Shown here: one piece after another, positions 1-12,859 of the stretch
Layout of the letters: each line of letters starts with the position of its first letter
Position numbering within the stretch: the first letter of the stretch is position 1
Assembly: GCF_048771995.1 (NCBI RefSeq)
Contig: NC_133041.1
Location: 4,663,324-4,727,323 of the forward strand
Source of the DNA: Taeniopygia guttata
Lineage: Eukaryota
DNA length: 64,000 nt
Direction of reading: 5' to 3'
The notes under the pieces: generated by a model
Told to the model about the DNA's origin: nothing
What the model saw: the letters and a program-made list of their open reading frames with translations, nothing else
Databases searched by the model: none
Position numbers and translations under genes: made by a program

Positions 1-518
1 AACACACCTGGGTGGAGTCAGGGTACACCTGGATTGGGTTAGGGAACACCTGGATACACCTGGGTGGGGTCAGGGCACACCTGGGCACACTTGGAGGGGG
101 TAAAGACACACCTGGAGGGGGTTAGGGCACACCTGGGTGGGGTTGGGGCACACCCGGGTACACCAGGAGGGGGTCAGGGCACACCTGGGTGGGGTAAAGA
201 CACACCTGGGCACACCTGGGTGGGGTTGGGGCACACCTGGATACACCTGGAGGGGGTCAGGGCACACCTGTCCCTAAAATCTGTCCCTAAAATCTCAGGA
301 TTTTTGGGTTGAAATTCTGGATTTTTGGCATTTTTTTACCTGCCCAGGTGCGCCTCACCTGTTGCAGAAGTTCTCACCTGGTTTTGGGCCCTCACCTGTC
401 CCTAAAATCTCAGTATTTTTGGGTTAAAATTCCGGATTTTGGGCATTTTCTCACCTGCCCAGGTGTGCCTCACCTGTCTCACCTGTCCAGGTGTGCCTCA
501 CCTGTCTCACCTGCGCAG

Positions 519-678
519 GTTCGTGTACGCCAAGGACCGCACGGACCGGATCCGCACCTGCGCCATCCTGTGCCACATCTACCACCACGCCCTGCACAGC
601 CGCTGGTACCGCGCCCGCGACCTGATGCTGATGTCGCACCTGCAGGACAACATCCAGCACGCCGACCCACCTGTGCAG
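519..678 (+). CDS. EIF3C: EIF3C internal exon, translating (R)[53 protein letters not shown]; first EIF3C exon inside the window, upstream exons lie before position 1
   Basis: The translation is near-identical to the human eIF3c segment ...[49 protein letters not shown]. The acceptor is cgcag|g at 518/519 and the donor gtgcag|gtgagt at 678/679; the reading frame is continuous with the next exon. Confidence 0.88.
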
Positions 679-679
679 G

Positions 680-1615
680 TGAGTCTGATACACCTGGGCA
701 GGTAAATCACACACCTGGGCAGGTAAATCACACACCTGAGGGGGTTAAACACACCTGCAGGACAACATCCAGCACGCCGACCCACCTGTGCAGGTGAGTC
801 TGATACACCTGAGGGGGTTAAACACACCTGGGCAGGTGAGTCTGATACACCTGGGCAGGTAAATCTGACACACCTGAGGGGGTTAAACACACCTGCAGGA
901 CAACATCCAGCACGCCGACCCACCTGTGCAGGTGAGGGACACACCTGAGGGGGTTAAACACACACCTGAGGGGGTTAAACACACCTGCAGGACAACATCC
1001 AGCACGCCGACCCACCTGTGCAGGTAAAGCACACCTGGGCAGGTGAGTCTGACACACCTGTGCAGGTAAATCACACACCTGAGGGGGTTAAACACACCTG
1101 GGCAGGTGAGTCTGACACACCTGTGCAGGTAAATCACACACCTGAGGGGGTTAAACACACCTGGGCAGGTGAGTCTGACACACCTGGGCAGGTGAGTCTG
1201 ACACACCTGAGGGGGTTAAACACACACCTGGGGGGGTTAAACACACCTGGGCAGGTGAGTCTGACACACCTGAGGGGGTTAAACACACCTGCAGGACAAC
1301 ATCCAGCACGCCGACCCACCTGTGCAGGTGAGTCACACCTGGGCAGGTGAGTCTGACACACCTGAGGGGGTTAAACACACACCTGAGGGGGTTAAACACA
1401 CCTGGGCAGGGAAATCACACACCTGGGGGGGTTAAACACACCTGCAGGACAACATCCAGCACGCCGACCCACCTGTGCAGGTAAAGCACACCTGGGCAGG
1501 TGAGTCTGACACACCTGAGGGGGTTAAACACACCTGGGCAGGGAAATCACACACCTGAGGGGGTTAAACACACCTGCAGGACAACATCCAGCACGCCGAC
1601 CCACCTGAGCCCTAA
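680..1615 (+). repeat. Tandem array (CACCTG-core minisatellite) containing six degenerate copies of the last ~45 nt of the EIF3C exon at 519-678 ([13 protein letters not shown] plus the donor caggtgag)
   Basis: Copies lie at about 752-796, 888-936, 982-1030, 1286-1334, 1437-1487 and 1570-1606. Five keep the GT donor; the last is truncated. Confidence 0.9.
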
Positions 1616-4600
1616 AATTGCCAAAAAAATTTCCAAAAAATGCTAAAAAAAATCCCCCAAAAATGCTAAAAAAAATCCCCCAAAATTGCCAAAAAAATCC
1701 CGCAAATTTTCCAAAAAAATTGCTAAAAAAAAACCCCAAAATTACTAAAAAAATCGCCCAAAATTGCCAAAAAAACGCCCCAAAATTGCTTAAAAAAATG
1801 CCCCAAAATTCCTAAAAAAATCACCCAAGTTTTCCACAAATCACCAAAAATTGCTAAAAAATCACCCAAAAGTTTCCAAAAATCACCCAAAATTTACAAA
1901 AAATCACCCAAAATTTACAAAAATCACCCACTTGTCTCATCTGAGACTCATCTGGGCATCCTCATTTTTTACCCTAAATCCCTCCAAAAATCCCCCTCAA
2001 AACCCCCTAAAATCACCCAAAAATCACTGAAAATTGCCAAAAATCCCCAAAATCCCCAAAACCCCCAAAATCTCCTTTTTTCCCGCAGATCCTGTACAAC
2101 CGCACCATGGTGCAGCTGGGCATCTGCGCCTTCCCTCACCTGTCCCACCTGTCCCAAGAAACCCCCTAAAACCCCCTAAAATCACCCAAAATTGCCAGAA
2201 AAGTCACCAAAAACCGCCTTAAATCACCCAAAATTGCTAAAAAATTCCCCAAAATTGCTAACAAATTTTTCCAAAATTTCTAAAAAAATCCCTCAAAAAT
2301 GCTAAAAATATTCCTAAATTTGCCCCAAAATTCCCCAAAATTGCCAAAAAAAATTCCAAAAATTGCTAAAAAAAACCACCCAGAATTTTCCAAAAATCAC
2401 CCTAAATTGCCAAAAAATCCCCCAAAATTGCCCAAAAAATCCCCCAAAATTTACAAAAAATCACCGAAAATTGTTAAAAAATCAACCAAAAATCACCAAA
2501 AAAATCCCCAAAATCCTCCCAAAATCACCAAAAATCCCCCTCAAAACCCCCAAAATCCCCCAAAAATCCCAAAAATTCCCAAAAACCCCCAAAAACCCCC
2601 CAAAAATCTCCTTTTTTTCCAGATCCTGTACAACCGCACGATGGTGCAGCTGGGCATCTGCGCCTTCCCTCACCTGTCCCACCTGTCCCAAGAAACCCCC
2701 TAAAATCACCCAAAATTGCCAGAAAAATCACCAAAAACCATCTAAAATCACCCAAAATGGCCAAAAAAATCACTAAAAACCACCTAAAATCACCCAAAAT
2801 TGCTAAAAAAATCACCCAAAATTTCAAAAAAAAAAATCCCAAAATTGCCCAAAAAATCCCCCAAAATTGCTAAAAAATCACTCAAAATTGCTAAAAAAAA
2901 ATCACACAAAATTTACAAAAAATCCCCCAAAATTGCTAAAAAATCCCCTAAAATTGCCCAAAAAATCACTCAAAATTGCTATAAAAAATCCCCCAAAATT
3001 GCCCAAAAAATCCCCCAAATTTGCTCAAAAAAATCCCCCAAAATTGCCAAAAAATCACTCAAAATTGCTAAAAAAATCACATAAAATTTACAAAAAATCT
3101 CCCAAAATTGCTAAAAAAATCCCCCCAAAGTGCCATAAAATCACCCAAAATTGCCAAAGAAATCCCTTAAAATAGCTAAAAAATCTCACAAAATTGCCAA
3201 AAAAATTCCCCAAATTTTCAAAAATAATCCCCCAAATTTTCCAAAAATCACCCAGAATCTCTAACAAAATTCCCCCAAAATGCTAAAAAATCCCCAAAAA
3301 TTGCTAAAATAAATCACCCCAAAATTTTTTTTTAAATCCCCCAAAATTGCTTAAAAATCCCAGAAAATTGCTAAAAAAATTCCCCAAAATTGCTAAAAAA
3401 ATTCCCCAAAATTGCTAAAAAAATTCCCCAAAATTGCTAAAAAAAATCACCCGAAATTGCAAAAAAAACCACCCAAAATTGTTTAAAAATCACCCAAAAA
3501 TCACCAAAAAAATCCCCAAAATCCTCCCAAAATCACCAAAAATCACCAAAAAAAACCCCAAAATTCCCAAAATCCCCAAAACTCCCCAAAACCCCAAAAA
3601 TCTCCTTTTTTTTCCCCAGATCCTGTACAACCGCACGATGGTGCAGCTGGGCATCTGCGCCTTCCCTCACCTGTCCCACCTGTCCCAAGAAACCCCCTAA
3701 AGTCACCCAAAATTGCCAAAAAAATCACCAAAAACCATCTAAAATCACCCAAAATGGCCAAAAAAATCACTAAAAACCACCTAAAATCACCCAAAATTGC
3801 TAAAAAAATCACCCAAAATTTAAAAAAAAAAATCCCAAAATTGCCCAAAAAATCCCCCAAAATTGCCAAAAAAATCACCCAAAATTGCTAAAAAAATCAC
3901 CCAAAAATGCTAAAAAATCTTCCCAAAATTGCTAAAAAGAAATCCCTTCAAAATAGCTGAAAAATCCCCTAAATTTGCCCCAAAAATCCCCCAAAATTGC
4001 CAAAAAAATCACCCAAAATTGCTAACAAAATTCCCCAAAATTGCTAAAAGAATTCCCCAAAATTGCTGAAAAATCACCCAAATTTGCTCAAAAAAATCCC
4101 CCAGAATTTTGCAAAAATCACCAAAATTGCCAATAAAATCACCCAAAATTGCCAAAAATCACCTACATTTTCCAAAAATCACCCACCTGTCCCACTTGGG
4201 ACTCACCTGGGCACCTCAAATCCTCATTTTTTACCCTAAATCCCCCTAAAAATCCATCAAAAATCTCCCTCAAAACCCTCTAAAATTCCCCCAAAGCCCC
4301 TTAAAATCACTGAAAATTGCCAAAAATCACCAAAAACCCCCAAAAATCTCCCTTTTATCCCCAGATCCTGTACAACCGCACGATGGTGCAGCTGGGCATC
4401 TGCGCCTTCCCTCACCTGTCCCAAGAAACCCCCTAAAACCCCCTAAAATCACCCAAAATTGCCAGAAAAATCACCCAAAATTGCTAATAAAATTCCCCAA
4501 AATTGCTAAAAAAATCACCCAAATTTGCCAAAAAAATTCTTCAAAAATGCAAAAAAAATTCCCAAAAAATGTTTAAAAAATTCCCCAAAATTGCTAAAAA

Positions 4601-6475
4601 AATCACCCAAGATGTACAAAAAATGACTCGAAATTGCCAAAAAATACCCCAAATATTGCCAAAAAAATTGCCCAAAAATTCCCCAAAATTGCTTAAAAAT
4701 CCCTCAAAATTGCGAAAATAAATCCCCCAAAAATGCTAAAAAACCCCCCCAAAATGCTAAAAAAATCCCCTAAAATTGCAAAAAAAATCACCCAAAATTG
4801 CCAAAAAAAGCACCCAAAATTACTAAAAAATTTCCCAAAAATGCTAAAAATTCCCTTTAATTTGCCCCAAAAATCAGCCAAAATTGCCAAAGAAGTCCCT
4901 CAAAAATGCTAAAAAAATCCCCCAAAATTGCCATAAAATCCCCCAAAATTTTCCAAAAATCCCCCAAAATTGCCAAAAAAATCCCCCAAAAATCCCCAAA
5001 AACCCCCCAAAATCCCCAAAAATCCCAAAAAATCTCCTTTTTCCCAGCTCCTGTACAACCGCACGATGGTGCAGCTGGGCATCTGCGCCTTCCCTCACCT
5101 GTCCCAAGAAACCCCCTAAAATCACCCAAAATTCCCAAAAAAATCCCCCAAAATTGCTAAAAAAATCCCCCAAAATTGCCATAAAATCTCCCAAAATTGC
5201 TAAAAAATCCCGCAAAGCTGCTAAAAAAATCACCCAAAATTACCCAAAATATCCCCCAAAATTTACAAAAAACTACCCAAAAATGCTGAAAAATCCCCCA
5301 AAATTGCTAAAAAGAAATCCTCTCAAAATAGCTGAAAAATCCCCTAAATTTGCCCCAAAAATCCCCCAAAATTGCTCAAAAAATCCCCCAAAATTTCTTT
5401 AAAAATCCCTCAAAAATGCTAAAAAATGACCCAAAAATCCCCCCTAATTTACAAAAAATCACCCAAAATTGCTATAAATATTCCCTAAAATTGCTAAAAA
5501 AATCACTCAAAAGTCCCATAAAATCACCCAAAATTGCCAAAAATCACCCACATTTTCCAAAAATCACCCAAAATTGCTAAAAAAATCCCCCAAAATTGCC
5601 AAAAAAATTCCCAAAAATGCTAAAAATATCCCCCAAAATTTACAAAAAATTCCCAAAAATTGCCAAAAAATTACCAAAAAAATTCCCAAAATTCCCCAAA
5701 ATCCCAAAAAAAACCCCCAAAATCTCCAAAACTTTTTTTTTTGCAGATCCTGTACAACCGCACGATGGTGCAGCTGGGCATCTGCGCCTTCCCTCACCTG
5801 TCCCAAGAAACCCCTGAAAACCCCCTAAAATCACCCAAAATTGCCAGAAAAGTCACCAAAAACCATCTAAAATCACCTAAAATTGCCAAAAAAATTACAA
5901 AAAACCGCCTTAAATCACCCAAAATTGCTAAAAAAATCACCCAAAATTTCAAAAAAAAAATCCCAAAATTGCCAAAAAAATCCCCCAAATTTGCCCCAAA
6001 AAATCCCCCAAAATGCTAAAAAATCTCACTAAATTGCCAAAAAACTTCCTAAAATTCCTAAAAAATCCCACAAAATTGCTAAAGAAATCCCCCAAAAATG
6101 ATAAAAAAGTCACCCAGAATTTTCCAAAAATCACCCAAAATTGCCAAAAAAATCCCCCAAAATTGCTAAAAGAATCACCCAGAATGTTCCAAAAATCACC
6201 CAAAATTGCCAAAAAAAATCCCAAAAAATGCTAAAAAATATTCGAAGTTGCTAAAAAAACATCAAAATTGCCATAAAATCACCCAAAATTGCCCAAAAAC
6301 TCACCCAAAATTGCCAAAAAAATTCAACTAAATTGCCAAAAAAATCCCCCAAAATTTACAAAAAATCCCCCAAAAATCACCCAAAATTGTTAAAAAATCA
6401 CCCAAAAATCACAAAAAAACACCCCAAAATTCCCAAAACCCCCAAAAAACCCAAAAACCCCTTTTTTCTCCCCAG
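1616..6475 (+). repeat. 4.8-kb A-rich microsatellite-like array (ccaaaattgccaaaaaaatcacc variants) organised as ~0.7-kb higher-order units, each carrying a copy of the first ~50 nt of the next EIF3C exon with its acceptor (cag|ATCCTGTACAACCGCACGATGGTGCAGCTGGGCATCTGCGCCTTCC)
   Basis: Pseudo-exon copies lie at about 2089, 2623, 3619, 4364, 5048 (an atc-to-ctc variant) and 5747. The real exon starts at 6476. After gccttcc, every copy diverges to ctcacctgtccc. Confidence 0.9.
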
Positions 6476-6839
6476 ATCCTGTACAACCGCACGATGGTGC
6501 AGCTGGGCATCTGCGCCTTCCGGCAGGGGCTGATCAAGGACGCGCACAACGCGCTGCTGGACATCCAGAGCTCCGGCCGGGCCAAGGAGCTGCTGGGCCA
6601 AGGTCTTCTCCTGCGCAGCCTCCAGGAGCGCAACGCCGAGCAGGAGAAGGTGGAGAAGCGCCGCCAGGTGCCCTTCCACATGCACGTCAACCTGGAGCTC
6701 CTCGAGTGCGTCTACCTGGTGGCCGCCATGCTGCTGGAGATCCCCTACATGGCGGCGCACGAGTTCGACGCGCGCCGCCGCATGATCAGCAAGCAGTTCC
6801 ACCACCAGCTGCGCGTGGGCGAGAGGCAGCCGCTGCTGG
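6476..6839 (+). CDS. EIF3C: EIF3C exon, translating [122 protein letters not shown]
   Basis: About 95% identity to the PCI-domain region of human eIF3c. The acceptor is ccccag|atc and the donor ctgctgg|gtgagg, leaving phase 1 to join the next exon. Confidence 0.9.
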
Positions 6840-6849
6840 GTGAGGGGCA

Positions 6850-8930
6850 GATTTAGGAATTTTTATCCAAAATTGGGTTCTTGAGGTCCATAATTACCTC
6901 AGTTCGGTCTTGGTTTGGTTTTTCTATCACTTAAAATGGCAGTTGTAGATCTTCTTGAGGTTCCTCAGACCATTTGTGGCATTTTACCAGATTTGGAGGT
7001 TTTGGGATGAAATTTTGTGTTCTTGAGGTCCATAATTATCTTGATTTGGTCTTGGTTTGGTTTTTCTACCCCTTAAAATGGCGGTTCTAGATCTTCTTGA
7101 GGTTCCTCAGACCGTGCTTAGAGATTTTGACCAAAATTTTGGGATTTTGACCCAGAATTGGGTTCTTCAGGTCCATAATTACCTTAATTCAGCCTTGGTT
7201 TTGTTTTTCTATTTCTTAAAATGGCGGTTCTAGATCTTCATGAGGTTCCTCAGACTGTGCTTAGAGATTTTGACCAAAATTTCGGGATTTTGACTCAAAA
7301 TTGGGTTCTTGAGGTCCATAATTACCTTAATTTGGCTTTACTTTGGTTTTTGTATCACTTAAAATGGCCGTTCTAGATCTTCATTAGGTTCCTCAAACCA
7401 TGGTTGGTGGTTTTTGAACATAATTGGAAGTTTTAGGTTGAAATTTTGGGGTTTTGGGGTCAAAAGTTGGGTTTGGAGGTCCATAATTATCTTAATTCGG
7501 TCTTGGTTTGGTTTATCTATCTCTTAAAATGGCGATTCTAGATCTTCTTGAGGTTCCTCAGACTGTGCTTAGAGATTTTGACCAAAATTTCAGGATTTTG
7601 ACTCAAAATTGGGCTCTTGAGGTCCATAATTACCTTAATTCAGTTTTAGTTTGGTTTTTTTATCACTTAAAATGGCGGTTCTAGATCTTCTTGAGGTTTC
7701 TCAGACAAAAATTGAGTTTTTTCACCGAAGTCTAGGAATTTTGACCCAAAATTGGGTTCTTGAGGCCCATAATTACCTTTATTTGGTCTTGGTTTGGTTT
7801 TTCTATCTCTTAAAATGGCGGGTCTAGATCTTCATAAAGTTCCTCAAATCATGTCTGGTGGCTTTGACCAGAGTTTGTTGATTTTGACCCAAAATTGGGT
7901 TCATCAGGTCCATAATTACTTAATTTGGTCTTGGTTTGGTTTTTGTATCACTTAAAATGAAGATTTTAGATCTTCTTGAGGTTCTTCACACCATGGTTGG
8001 TGGTTTTTACCAAAATTTTGGGATTTTGACCCAGAATTGGGTTCTTCAGGTCCATAATTACTTAATTTGGTCTTGGTTTCGTTTTTCTATCTCTTAAAAT
8101 CGCGGTTCCAGACCTTCATGAGGTTCCTCAGACCATGGTGTGGGATTTTGACCAAAATTTTGGGATTTTGACCCAGAATTGGGTTCTTGAGGTCCATAAT
8201 TACTTTGATTTGGTCTTGGTTTGGTTTTTTTATCTCTAAAAATGAAGATTCTAGATCTTCCTGAGGTTCCTCAGACAATGGTTGGGGATTTTGACCAAAA
8301 TTTCAGGATTTTGATCCAGAATTGGGTTCTTGAGGTCCATAATTATCCTAATTCAGCTTTAGTTACCTTTTTTAGCCCTTAAAATGGCGGTTCTAGATCT
8401 TCATTATGTTCCTCAGACCATTTGTGGTATTTTACCAAATTTGGAGGTCTTAGCTTGAAATTTTGGGGTCTTGAGGTCCATAATTACCTTAATTCAGTTT
8501 TAGTTTGTTTTTTTTTATCACTTAAAATGGCGGTTCTAGATCTTCCTGAGGTTCCTCAGACCGTGATTTGAGATTTTGACAAAAATTTAGGAATTTTTAT
8601 CTAAAATTGGGTTCTTGAGGTCCATAATTATCCTAATTCAGCTTTAGTTACCTTTTTTAGCCCTTAAAATGGCGGTTCTAGATCTTCCTTAGGTTCCTCA
8701 GACCATTTGTGGTATTTTACCAGATTTGGAGGTTTTGGGATGAAATTTTGGGTTCTTGAGGTCCATAATTACTTAATTTGGTCTTGGTTTGGTTTTTTTA
8801 TCTCTTAAAATGAAGATTCTAGATCTTCCTTAGGTTCCTCAGACCATGGTTTGGGATTTTGACCAAAATTTCGGGATTTTGACCCAGAATTGGGTTCTTC
8901 AGCTCCATAATTACCTTAATTCGGCTTTAC
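6850..8930 (+). repeat. About 15 tandem copies of a ~140-bp AT-richer satellite (core ...gttcttgaggtccataattaccttaattcagtcttggtttggtttttctatcacttaaaatggcggttctagatcttcttgaggttcctcagacc...gattttgaccaaaattt.gggattttgacccagaattgg) in an EIF3C intron
   Basis: ggtccataatta recurs about every 135-150 bp from 6886 to 8905. Copies are 85-95% identical. Confidence 0.9.
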
Positions 8931-9171
8931 TTCTGTTTTTTACCCCAAAAATTCCCATTTTTTTGCCCAAAATCACCATTTTTCACCCCAAAACTGCCAA
9001 TTTTTTACTCCAACCTGTCTCAGGTGCTTTTCTGACCTCCAAAATCCAAAAAAAATCCCATTTTTTTGCCCCAAAACCACTGATTTTTTGGGATTTTTTT
9101 TTATTTCCCGTCCCCTCACCTGCCCCAGTGTCCCTCACCTGTCCCAGGTGTGTCTCACCTGTCCCCCCCAG

Positions 9172-9331
9172 GTCCCCCCGAGTCGATGCGGGAGCACGTG
9201 GTGGCCGCCTCCAAGGCCATGAAAACGGGCGACTGGCGGCGCTGCCATCGCTTCGTGGTCAATGAGAAGATGAACGGAAAGGTCTGGGACCTGTTCCCCG
9301 AGGCCGACCAGGTGCGCGCCATGCTGGTCAG
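9172..9331 (+). CDS. EIF3C: EIF3C exon, translating (G)[53 protein letters not shown]
   Basis: Matches human [53 protein letters not shown]. The acceptor is cccccag|gt and the donor gtcag|gtgagc. Confidence 0.9.
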
Positions 9332-9339
9332 GTGAGCAC

Positions 9340-10600
9340 ACCAAAATTTGGGGGGTTTTGGGAAAATTTGGGCGAAATTTGGGCGATTTTTGGCCATTTT
9401 TTGGTGATTTTATAGTGATTTTTGGGGGGTTTTTAGGGGCATTAAAGGGTTAAAAATGAGGGTTTGAGGTGCTCAGGTGAGTCTCAGGTGAGCCTCAGGT
9501 GAGTCAGGTGAGTCCCACCTGGGCCAATTAAAAATTTTGGGGGATTTTGGGAAATTTTGGGCGAATTTTGGCAATTTTGAGCAATTTTACGGTGATTTTT
9601 TAGAGATTTTCGGGGGTTTTTGGGGAGGATTTTCGGCAGGAAATGAGGATTTAAAGTGATCAGGTGTGTCTCAGGTGAGTCTCACCTGGGCAGGTGTGGC
9701 CAGGTTAAAAAAAACTGTGAATTTTGGGGGATTTTGGGCAATTTTGGGTGAATATTGCCAATTTCGGATAATTTTTGGCATTTTTAAGTGATTTTTGGGG
9801 GTTTTGGGGTGATTTTGGCCGTTTTGGGGGGATTTGGGGAGGTTCAAAGTCTGGGACCTGTTCCCCGAGGCCGACCAGGTGCGCGCCATGCTGGTCAGGT
9901 GAGCGACCCCAAATTTTGGGGGGTTTTGGGAAAATTTGGGCGAAATTTCGGCGATTTTTGGCCATTTTTGGGCGATTTTATAGCGATTTTTAGGGGTTTT
10001 TTTGGGGCGTTAAGGGTTAAAAATGAGGATTTGAGGTGCTCAGGTGAGTCTCAGGTGAGCACACCTGGACACAGGTGAAAAAATTTAGGGGGAATTTTCA
10101 GGGATTTTGGGCAATTTTGGGCAAATTTTGGCCATTTTTGGGTGATTTTAGAGGGATTTTAGAGGGATTTTTGGGGGTTTTTGGGGAGATTTACGGTTAA
10201 AAATGAGGATTTGAGGTGCTCAGGTGAGTCTCAGGTGAGTCTCAGGTGAGCACACCTGGACACAGGTGAAAAATTTTTGGGGTAAATTTGGGCAAATTTT
10301 GGCAATTTTGGGTGAATTTTCGGCAATTTTGAGCGATTTTAGGGCGGTTTTATGGGGATTTTCGGGGTTTTTTGGGAGATTTAGGGTTAAAAATGAGGAT
10401 TTGAGGTGCTCAGGTGAGTCTCAGCTGAGTCTCACCTGGGCAGGTGTGGCCAGGTAAAGAAAAACGTGAATTTCGGGGAATTTTGGGCGAATTTTGGCAA
10501 TTTTGGGTGATTTTAGGGGGATTTTAAGAGAATTTGGGGTAAAAAATGTGGATTTGAGGTGCCCAGGTGCACCCAGGTGTGCCCAGGTAAGGAAATTTAG
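9340..10600 (+). repeat. Intronic array of ~250-bp units ending in gtgctcaggtgagtctcaggtgagc; one unit (9848-9898) contains a copy of the 3' end of the EIF3C exon at 9172-9331 with its donor
   Basis: gtctgggacctgttccccgaggccgaccaggtgcgcgccatgctggtcag|gtgagcg at 9848-9898 duplicates 9281-9338. Confidence 0.85.
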
Positions 10601-11330
10601 CCAATTTTGGAATATTTTGGGATATTTTGGGACATTTTGGGGCAGGAAATGAGAATTTGGGGGGTCAGGGGCGTGCCCAGGTGTGCCCAGGTGTGCCCAG
10701 CTGCCCCCAGGTGTGCCCAGCTGCCCCCAGGTGTGCCCAGGTGTGCCCCAGGTACCCTCAGGTGTGCCCAGGTGTATCCCAGGTGTGCCCAGGTGTATCT
10801 CAGGTGTATCTCAGGTGTGCCCAGGTGTGCCCAGGTGTGCCCAGGTGCCCCAGGTGTGCCCAGGTGTGCCCAGGTGTGCCAGGTGTGCCAAGGTGGCCCC
10901 AGGTGTATCTCAGGTGTGCCCAGGTGTGCCCAGGTGTGCCCAGGTGCCCCAGGTGTGCCCAGATGTGCCCAGGTGTGCCCAGGTGTGCCCAGGTGTATCT
11001 CAGGTGGTGCCCAGGTGTGCCCAGGTGTGCCCAGGTGTGCCCAGGTGTATCTCAGGTGTGCCCAGCTGTGCCCAGGTGTGCCCCAGGTGTGCCCAGGTGT
11101 GCCCAGGTGTGCCCAGGTGTATCCCAGGTACCCCCAGGTGTGCCCAGGTGTATCTCAGGTGCCCCCAGGTGCCCCCAGGTGCCCCCAGGTGCCCCCAGGT
11201 GCCCCCAGGTGTGCCCAGGTGTATCTCAGGTGTGCCCAGGTGTGCCCAGGTGTGCCCAGGTGCCCCCAGGTGTGCCCAGGTGTATCCCAGGTGTGCCCAG
11301 GTGTGCCAGCTGTGCCCTCTGTGCCCGCAG
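10600..11330 (+). repeat. Array of about 80 copies of (CCCAGGTGTG) with a CAGGTG E-box core, ending at the acceptor of the EIF3C exon at 11331
   Basis: The period is 9-10 bp. All three forward reading frames are open (ORFs 10607-11536, 10627-11454 and 10683-11489). Confidence 0.9.
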
Positions 11331-11396
11331 GAAGATCCAGGAGGAATCTCTCCGCACGTACCTGTTCACCTACAGCAGCGTCTACGACTCCATCAG
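11331..11396 (+). CDS. EIF3C: EIF3C exon, translating (R)[21 protein letters not shown](S)
   Basis: Identical to human [22 protein letters not shown]. The acceptor is cccgcag|g and the donor catcag|gtcc. Confidence 0.88.
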
Positions 11397-11399
11397 GTC

Positions 11400-12840
11400 C
11401 GTTTTTTGGGGGGAAAAATGGGGATTTTGGGTCAAAAAAAAGAAAAAAAAATAATTTTTGGGGTGAAAAATGGGGATTTTGGAGTTTAAAAAAAAATATT
11501 AATTTTGGGGTAAAAAAAAAGCTTATTTGGGGGTAAAAAATGGGAATTTTGGGGTATAAAAAGCGGGTTTGGGGGTAAAAAAAAGTGAATTTTGGGGTAA
11601 AAAATTTGAATTCGGACGGGAAAAATTGGTGAGTTTTGGGGTTAAAAATGTAAATTTTCAGGTAAAAAATGGAGGAGTTAAAAGGGAAAAATTGGTGAAT
11701 TTTAGGGTAAAAAAATAATTTTGGGGTATAAAAAGTGGGTTTGGGGGCAAATAAAACTGAATTTTCGGGTAAAAATGTGAATTCTGAACGGAAAAATTGG
11801 TGAATTTAGAAGGGAAAAATTGGTGATTTGGGGTAAAAAATGGATTTTGGGGTGAAAAATGGGAATTTTGGGGTAAAAAAACCTGGATTTTGGGGTAAAA
11901 AATGTGAATTTTGGGGTAAAAAAGGGTGATTTGGGGTAAAAAAAAAAGCGAATTTTGGGGTAAAAAATGTGAATTTTGGGGTAAAAAAGTGTATTTGGGT
12001 ATAAAAAAAAGTTAATTTTGGGTAAAAAATAGCGGCTTTACAAGGCAAAAATTGGTGAATTTTGGGGTTAAAAAAATGTGAATTTTGGGCTAAAAAATGT
12101 GAATTTTGGGGTAAAAAGGGGTGAATTTAGAAGGGAAAAATTAGTGAATTTTGGGGTAAAAAAATGTGAATTTTGGGGTAAAAAGGGGTGAATTTAGAAG
12201 GGGAAAATTAGTGAATTTTGGGGTAAGAAACAGCTATTTTAGAAGAAAAAAACTAGTGAATTTTGGGGTAAAAAATATAAATTTTGGGGTAAATAAGAGT
12301 GGATTTAAAAGGGGAAAGTTGGTGAATTTTGGGGTAAGAAATGTGAACTTTGGGGTAAAAACTAGCGATTTTAGAAGGGAAAAATTGGTGAATTTTGGGG
12401 TAAAAAATCATAAATTTTGGGGTAAAAAAATAATTTTAGGGTACAAAAAAAGTTGATTTTGGGGTAAAAATGAATTTTTCGGGTAAAAAATAGCAGATTT
12501 AAAAGGCAAAAATTGGTGAATTTTGGGGTAAAAAAATGTGAATTTTGGCATAAAAAGGGGTGAATTTATAAGGGAAAAATTGGTGAATTTTGGGGTAAAA
12601 AGGGGTGAATTTAGAAGGGAAAAATTTGTGGATTTTGGGTAAAAAATATTAATTTTGGGGTAAAAAATGTGAATTTTTGGGTAAAAAATAGGAATTTTGG
12701 GGTAAAAAAATAATGAATTTTGGGGTAAAAAGGGGTGAATTTAGAAGGGAAAAATTAGTGAATTTTGGGGTAAAAAAACCACAAATTTTGGGGTAAGAAA
12801 TACTTTGGGTGTAAGAGGGCCGGATTTTGGGTTGAAAAAG
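11400..12840 (+). repeat. A/G-rich minisatellite (ggggtaaaaaatgtgaattttggggtaaaaagggg..)
   Basis: A simple tandem repeat, seen directly. Confidence 0.85.
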
Positions 12841-12859
12841 GGGGATTTTGGGCCGGCAG

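Noticed and set aside
10600-11330. Regular short direct repeats that superficially resemble a CRISPR array, as do other 20-40-bp arrays such as 17450-18690 and 59030-60400
   Set aside because: There are no unique spacers between the repeats and no cas genes, and the context is a spliced eukaryotic gene. They are minisatellites.
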